A stretch of DNA of 63,884 bases from IMG/VR virus record IMGVR_UViG_3300045988_069167. One strand, written 5' to 3'. The translations under genes and the position numbers were made by a program. Under the pieces are notes generated by a model. That model worked only from the letters and a program-made list of their open reading frames with translations, was not told where the DNA came from and ran no database searches. Below are positions 9,801 to 18,800 of this stretch, piece after piece (the first letter of the stretch is position 1; every line of letters begins with the position of its first letter). Source of the DNA: a virus.

Positions 9801-12800
9801 AGTGGTTCTGACTTCACTGATTTTGACTTCGACCACATGGGCGATGGTGCTGGCTCACAAGTATTCGGTTGGGGTGGCTATGTTACTTCATCCAAGAAGA
9901 TTGGCAAGAGTTATGCTACTCTGATGGATAATGACCCTTCTAAGGCATATTTTCGCATTCAGCGTTCTAATGGTACAAGGTTCGCTAAGAAATATCCTAC
10001 TCTAGAATCATTCCTGCATGGTGATAAGCAAATAGCCATGAATGACAAGTTTACAGAGCAGGAAAAGATTGACTACTACAATGAAATGAAGAAGTTGGCT
10101 GAGCCATACCACAATCTCTATGAGGTGGATATACCTGATGATAATGGCAGCAACTATCTGGATTGGGATAAGCCTTTGAGTAAAAAGCAGCAGGATTCCA
10201 TTCGTGAAGGGTTGGAGCATCTTGGTGTAGGTATTAAGACGTTAGAAAGCAAAGGTCAGTCTTTAGAGAGAACTGGAGAAAATGTTTACAATAGTACTCT
10301 GTATATTGGGTTAACTGGAACAGAGTATGATTTGCCTGAAAAAACTAAAGGGATAAGCAAGTTCCTATCTTCTGTTGGCTTTACTGGCATTAAGTATAAG
10401 GCTGGACGTAACTTTGGTGGTGCTAAAAAGGGCGATACCAACTATGTTATCTTTGAGCCAGAGGACATGAAGATTACTGAGCATACCAAGTTCTCTATCA
10501 AGACTTATCACGGTTCCCAATCATCATTTGACCACTTTGACCACTCCTTCATGGGTAGTGGTGAGGGTGCTCAGGCTTACGGCTGGGGAACCTATGTGAC
10601 CGAGGTGGAAGGTATTGCCAAGGCTTATGCTAAGCAGAATGCGGCAAAGCGGAATACTGAATACTCTTCTGCAAAGTTTGAGTATGACACAGCCAAGTCT
10701 TCTTATAACTTCGCAAAAGGTACTTACGACTTCCGTATGCAAGATATAGACAAGTTGAATAATACACTAAAATGGGCTAAGGAACAACTTGTCAAAGCTA
10801 AGGAAAGCAATCGCAAGAATTGGATTGATGAGTTCGAGGCGAGAGTGGCTGACACAGAAAGAGCTTTGAAAGAGAACCAAGATAAGTTGCAGGATGAAAA
10901 GGCTGAAATGGGTAAGGCGAAGAAAGAAATGGATGAGGCAAAGAAACGTCTTGATGCCATTCCTGAGCCTGAGCGTAATCTTTACACCGTTGAGATTCCT
11001 GACGATACTGGTAGTAACTATATTGAATGGGACGGAAAAGCACCAGACGGATTGAAGGAGAAGGTTCTTGATAGATTGTACAATGAGCGCAGAGAGGACT
11101 TCGTGGATAAAATGCGCAAAGCAGGATTTAACGATGATCAGATTAAGGAAGAGGCTGATTACACCGTCAACAAGGAGGAAATGGCTGACACATACCTTAA
11201 GCATTCCGCTACTGGTGGTGGTCTGTATCGGGATTTGTCTTATTACTTAGGAGAACAGAAGAAAGCTAGCCTATTCCTTAAGGATATGGGGATTGATGGT
11301 GTGAAGGTTATCGCCAAGCGCAACGCTGGTGGCAACAAGGAAGGCAAGATGAACTATGTTATCTTTGATGAGAACAACGCTCAGATTATTAGTCATACTA
11401 AGTTCTCTCTCCGTTTGAAGTCTGCCATTGACGAGACAGAAACCAATCCATCTGATGCGCAGAAGGAGAGTGGCAACTATAAGAAAGGACACATCAAGTT
11501 CGGTGGCTATGATTACACAATAGAAAACCCAAAAGGTTCGACTCGCTCAGGCAAGGATGCTAATGGCAAAGAGTGGAAAGTAACCATGCACGATACCTAT
11601 GGCTATATCCGTGGTAAGTTTGGTAAGGATGGCGACCATCTGGATATGTTTATTAACGACAAGGCAGACCTTGATAATTGGAATGGTGATGTGTTTGTCG
11701 TTGACCAAGTGAATCCTGATGGCTCGTTTGATGAGCATAAGGTAATGTATGGCTATGACTCCATGGATGATGCCAAAAAGTCTTATCTCGCCAACTATAG
11801 CGATGGTTGGCAAGGTCTTGGAAATATTACTGGAGCAAGTAAGGATGAGTTCGATAAGTGGCTTGATACGAGCAATCGTAAGTTAAAGCCATTTGCAGAC
11901 TATGCTAATGTAAAGTTCTCGTTGAAGGATAATCAGGGGAATCCTCTGAATCAGGATGGTACTTTGAAACTAGATAAGATTAAGTCCGTTGATGAATTGA
12001 CGGATGAAGACTTCTTGCATCCTACTAGAAATGTAGAATTGCCTAGCTTGCCAAATAAGATTGCTGATGCTATTGGAACAGAAGGAAAGCCAGTTGTTAT
12101 CAAGAAGAACATCTTTGAGCGTAATTATATGAGACATAAAGATGTTACTCCTGAATTGAGTAAAACAATCTTTAAGTCTGCTTTATACAATACTGATTTG
12201 TATGGTCAGAATCAAAAGAAAACTAGACCATATAATTGGGTACTTATCAACACAAAGGATGAGAAGGGCAATAATCGCACAGTATTATTAGAGGTAAATC
12301 CTAATAAAGATAATGTGGAAATCGTACATTGGCACTTCGTTGACGAAAGAGGATTGGAAAAAATAAAGAAGCAAGCTGACCGTGAGGACGGGCAACTCCT
12401 CATACTGCCTTCCGATAAGGAAGAGGTCGGTGCCCTTTCCGACCCTACGGTCAACTTGTCTGCTGCAAAGATAGACAATTCTTCTGAAACTGCCAAGGAA
12501 AATGGAGAAAAGTTTTCATTGAAGGATGATGAATATCTTAAAGCGGTGGAAAATGGCGACATGGAAAAGGCTCAGAAAATGGTGAATGAAGCTGCCGAGG
12601 CTGCTGGCTATTCTACCGATTCCAGCTATCAGGGCACTTCTGCCTTCAATGGTTCTGCACCTTGGGGCAATGGCTACTTCTTGACCAAGGAAGAGCGCAA
12701 GGAGGCGTGGGATAATGATGAATATGACGGAGACCAAACTTTGGGTGATTATATCCATCGTGGTATAGATGCGATGAATCTCGATTTCATAGCATTAGAC

Positions 12801-15800
12801 CCTCGTAATTATCGTGCAGCTGACCCTATGCGCAAGGAGGCTATTGATAACGTGCGTAACGCTATCCAGAAGAAGAGTGAGACTATTACCATGTATAGAA
12901 GTGTTCCTTCTGATGTTAAGGAAGGTTCTTTCAGAAATGGTGATTGGGTTACTCCAAGTCGTGCTTATGCGGTTGATAATGCTAAGGTTCATGGTTGGGG
13001 TGATAACTTCAATATTATTGAACAGAAAGTTCCTGTTGATGAAATATGGTGGGATGGTAACGATATAGCTGAATGGGGCTATGGTCGTGAGGAAGACTAT
13101 GTTAATGACACAGACTTCGCATATAAGAACACCAAGAACAACCGAAAGTTGCTTGATGCCGTTACCTATGATGATAATGGCAATGTGATTCCTTTGTCTC
13201 AGAGATTCAATGAGAATAATGCAGATGTACGCTATTCTTTGAAAGATGAGAAGACTATGTTTGGTATGCACAACATCAGTCTTGATAAGCTTCGCAAGGC
13301 TATCAAGCAAGGTGGCTTTGCCGCACCTTCCATGGGTGTGATTGACTCTAAGAATGGAATATATTCTGGCTATGGAGAGATAACCTTGATACCGAAGGCA
13401 GAGAAGATAGCAAAGAGGACTGGAAAGAACATCGGCACTTATGCCGCAGATGCATGGACTCCTATCTATCCTCCAGTAGAAAAGAAGTTTGGTGGCAATG
13501 GTGGTGATGTCGCTTACGACGACATAGAATCCGTTCCAAAGGAAATGCAAAGTCTCACAAGAAATGCCATCAACAGCTTCATGGATGGTCGTGATACAAA
13601 CAGTTTAGCTTATCTCTATTTGCATGAGAAAGGAAAAGCTCCTGAGTTGGTTCATGTTGAAGGCAAATATCCAAAGGAACTTCATGATGAGGTGAAGGGT
13701 ATCTTGGGAAAATTAAATGGTATCTATAATACTACGGATGAGCAAAAGGAGAAACTCCTTGACTTGTTTATTCGTGAGGTGTATGATGGCAATAAGGAAG
13801 AGTTTGACAATGACATCAAGAAATTCATTAAGAAAGACGAGGAGTTTATCAAGAAAAGACCTAACTCCAATATTTCCAAGGACAAACAACTTGATGTTGA
13901 TTGGATGAAGGAACATGGCTATGACTATGGGGCTTTGTCTCGTTTCGTTGATGGCATACTGCGTGATGCGGAGACTTCTGGTAAGGTGGATGAGAATGCA
14001 ACGATGAAAGCTGCACAACAATACATTCAGGACAAAGGCATGAAGGAAGACTTCGATTCATGGAAAGGAAAACTCAATGACCGCTACCAAGTGGAGGAGG
14101 TAATCTTTGCAGGATATAAGGATGATGGCAACCGCAAGTATTTGCCTAACACCGTTGAGAATGCGGTGAAGGTAATGAAACAAGATGGCAAGAATGCTTC
14201 CGTTGGTTCGGCTTCTTTCAGTCATTTCGTTGCATCTATATTGAAACCGATGGGGACTCTTGACCAAATCAGAAAGAAGAAGGGTAATCTCACAGGAAAC
14301 TATGAGGACGTTGAGAAGTTCCAAGAGAAATGGCAACCTGTATATGATGAGTTGGCTGACAAGATGCAACCTGATGCAGAACCATTTGAAAGCTATGGCA
14401 TGGACAGATTGGAAGATGCTGCCACACAGAAGAATCCAAAGAAATATGCCAAGGATGAGTATGGTGTGGACTTGACAGACGAGGACATCGACAAGTTGAA
14501 TGAACTTATTGATGCTGTAAAAAATGAGAAGCCTTCCATCTACTTTGAAACCAAGTTTATGCGCCCATACGGTCTTGACGAGTTTGAGAAGGCTATCGTT
14601 CCAAACGATACTCCAAGCGATGTGATAGATGCCTTGAAGATGGCAGGTATTGATGTGAGCAGCTATGAGCGTGGAAATGCCGAGGATAGACAGAAGGTTA
14701 CTATGGATGCTATCAATAGTAGCGACAATATTCGTTTCTCTCTGAAATCTATGATGGAGAAACCTGAGGGATGGAAACAAGCCAACAAGAAGACTATTCA
14801 TATTGCAGAAGCTATTGAGCGTGACCCTAAGTTTTCTTTGAAGAATCTTGATGGAACTCTCATTAAGGCTGGAACCTACTTTAGTGGTGGCGGTCTTGTT
14901 GAGGAAGGCTTGAAGGGTATCATCGACCCAGTGGTGGCAGTGGAGTATGACGAGAAGATAAGCGGTGTATATCGCAATAACTTCGGGCAGCACATCGTTA
15001 CTGCTGATGTTCGTGACGTTGACCCTAAAGAGTTGGTCAAGCAGATAGATGGTGAGGTGGAGTACTTCCATGCCAGCCCAGTCTGCAAGAACTACTCTCA
15101 GGCGAAGAGTAACCACGCTGAGGTGGAACTTGACAAGGAGACTGCTGCTAGTACTGCCGAGTTCATCAATGCTATTAAGCCAAAGGTGGTGACCATTGAG
15201 AATGTGAAGGGGTATAAGGATTCGGAAGCGATGAATATTATCACGGATGCTCTGGATGCCAACGGATATACTTGGGATGCAGATGTGTATAACGCTGCTG
15301 ACTATGGCGGCTACACCAACCGAGAGAGATTGATTGTCCGTGCGGTTCGTGATGGTAAACTTCCTGACAAGCCAAAGAAGATGGCACACAAGAGCGGATG
15401 GTATGAAGCTGTGGCTGATATTATCCCTACCTTGACCGAGAAGAAGAATGGTGTGGCTCCTTGGATGGATATTCGCTTGAAGGCTGATGGCATTGACTGG
15501 AGAAACATTGACAAGCCATTATATGTGATGGGTAGTGCCTATGCTGACGGAAAGGTTCCTCATGCCTTCGCTGATGAACTGCTGCCAACACTCCGAACAA
15601 AGAGCGGTGATGTGATTGTGATGCCTGACGGTAAGGTATATCGTGCCATGGGCAGAGTGCTCGCAAGAGTATCAGGAGTGAGCGATGATTACAAGATGCC
15701 ATTCTCCGAGAACCTGAGCCATACCATCATCGGCAACGGAATACCTACCCAGTTGACAGAACACGTTATTGCTCCTCTGCTTACTGGTTCTGACCCTAAA

Positions 15801-18800
15801 TTCAGTCTTAAAAAGACAAATAACGTTAAAGATTCTCGTATTATTCCTACAGATGTGGATAAAAGAGTATCTTCGCAGATAGAAAAGAAGTATGACTCTG
15901 CTATCAAGGAAGTAATGAATAAGGTTGCAGAACGTGATAAGAGACTTGTATCTAATTATATTGATCAAGACTTATCTGATTTCTCCAAGATGCGCAGAGA
16001 GGATATTAATCAAGAACTGAAAAGCAATGAGAACTGGAGACGGAAAAACTTACGAGAAGAGAATCGTGAGGGAAGTACTTATGGAATTACAGATGCGAGA
16101 CATCGAATTACCGAAGCTACAGCAGAACGAGAACTGGAGTATAGAGACGTTAGAGCAAAGTATCTCTCAGAAACTTATGGATTGCAGGGAGGAAGACAAA
16201 CCTCTCTTGATATGGTTGATAGAGCGTTTGAAGATACACTTGGAAACGAAACAAATAGAGGAGAATTACGTGAACTCTATGGAAAAGCGAGGAAGATTTT
16301 AGTTCAGGTTGGTGCTGAGTTTGGTGGTGTTGACAATGCTAAGCAAGAAGGTGACTTGGGTTTTGCAGGTACAGATAGAGATATATCTCTATTCATTGAC
16401 ACAATGACCAGAACATCTACACCACAATCAGAGTTGGCTCACACTATCCTTCACGAAATGATTCATCAAGCAACAATTGGTTCTATCAATCTCGTAAAGA
16501 AAGGTATGGCTGATGGTATGCTTACACCTAAGCAGATTGAAGCTGTGAATACCATCATTAATACTTATGATGCGTATAAGGCTGACCGAAGACTGGTTTG
16601 GGAAGAAGACAACTATCGTGATTATGGAGGTAAGGATGAGTATGAGTTTGCTGCTGAAATGGCTGATGCTAAGCAGAGAAGAATACTCAGCATTCCTTAT
16701 GGAGAAAGAATCCTGAATGCAGCTAATGAGTTGAAGAGGGTTGGTGATATTTCTTTATGGCAAGCTATCAAGAATGCTCTGAGAAGGCTCTTTGAGGTCT
16801 CAGACAAGTCAAAGATGGATAAGGCTCTCAGTGACATCATGGATGATTTCAATAAGAATATTGATTATATTTCCATGAACAATATCGAAGAGACGGATTT
16901 CGGTCTGAATGGTAATACTCGATTCTCCTTGCGCTATGACAAGTTTGAGCATGACCTGAACCAGTGGAAGAAGGATAATAATCTGCCTAAGGATGCCCAG
17001 CGACCAACCATCCCACAACGCAACGCTGGTGAGAGTGCCGTTGACTTCCTGAGGAGAGTGGACGAGTACCGCAAGCAGATGGCTCTGTGGAAGACTGCTC
17101 CAACCTACGAGCAGCATCTTCTGAGTGATGATACTGCCCTTGGAGAGTTCAACCGAGAGTTGCAGCGTGGTTCTGTGCTCAAACGTATCGCCTTCCAAGA
17201 TAGTATGCTGGCTATCCGTAAGGCTCAGGAAGCTATCATGAAGGAAGTGGGTGTTGACCGCCTGAACATGGCTGAGGATGCCTATACTGCCGAGAACCGA
17301 AGCCATGGCAAGGGCAAGAACGAGTTTGAGGAATACAACAACGAGTTCTTGCAGCCATTGAGAAAGGCTTATCATCAGATGAAGAAGGTGCTGGGTGATA
17401 GCTATGACAATGTACGTATCTACATGATGGCTAAGCATGGCTTGGAGCGTGATGCTCAGATGGCTTTCAAGAAGTCTTTGGAAGCTGACTATGAAGATGT
17501 GGCTCAGAGAAGTGCGGCATACAGGGCTTACAAGGGCGACATGAACCGAATGGGCAATGATAGCGGCTTTGAACTTGGCTACATAGACTTCAATACTTGG
17601 AGACAGAAAGATGATGCACTTAGGGCGAAATACTCTCCATCTTACATGAATTATCGCTATGATAAGGATGGAACCGCTTTTGATTATTCTGGCTTATCGG
17701 CTCTCTTCGGTGGCTCGGACTTTGAGGAAGCTGCAAGCAAACTGGTAAGGGATATTGAGAGTAGTCATGTTGTTGAGGTGCAAGACCTCTGGAATGCTAC
17801 GAATGCAGCTACCAAGAAGATTCTCCGTGATGGCTATAAGGCTGGCATGATGAGCAAAGATACTTATCAGTATGTGCGAGATATGTATAGCCATTATATT
17901 CCTCTCCGTGGCTGGGATGGCACTACTGCCGACCAAGTATGGGACTATATTGGTGGTGGAAAGGGTGCGTTCAATCAGATCTTGAAAACGGCACATGGAC
18001 GAACCTCTATCGCTGACGACCCTATCGCCTACATCGAGAATATGGCAGAAAGTGGAATCCTGCTGAACAACAAGAACTGGGTGAAGCAACATCTGATGCT
18101 CTTGGCTCAGAATCATCCTACCTCTCTTCTTACCCTGAGCAAGGCTTGGTACGTGAAGAGTGTGGATGATAACGGCAACGAGGAGTGGATTCCTGCTACA
18201 CCTCAGATTACTTCTCAGATGGATAGCAATCAGGTGAAGGCTGCAATTGATGCTTTCGAGCAGAAGATGGAGCAGATGGCCCAGACTGGCGATGCTACTC
18301 AGAAGAGAGACGGATTGAACATAGCCTATCCTCAGACTCACAGCGAGGAGAGAGAACATGAGGTAAGAGTGATGAAGGATGGCGAGGAGTACGTTATCTA
18401 TGTGAATGGTGACCCTCAGTTGGCTCAGGCGATGAACAATACAAGAGCACACCGAGTAAGAGAGATTCAGAGCGGCAAACTGGATAGGGCTGCTGCTTGG
18501 TTGGGCAGAAAGATGGCTGCTGCCTATACCAGTCTTTCACCTCTCTTCATTCCTTCCAACTACTTCCGAGACCTGACCATGACCCTTGCATCTACAGCTA
18601 TTCGTGAGGATGCAAAGTACAACTATCTGCTCAGAAAGAATCTCGCAACCTCTTGGAATCTCGGATTCATGCTGAAAGATTATCAGAACGGAAAGTTAAG
18701 GGAGAAGGTAAGCAACGGAAACGCTACTCCAAAAGAACAGATGTTCTATGACTTCATGATGAATGGTGGAGAGACTGGCTTTGTCTCTTCGCTTGATGTG

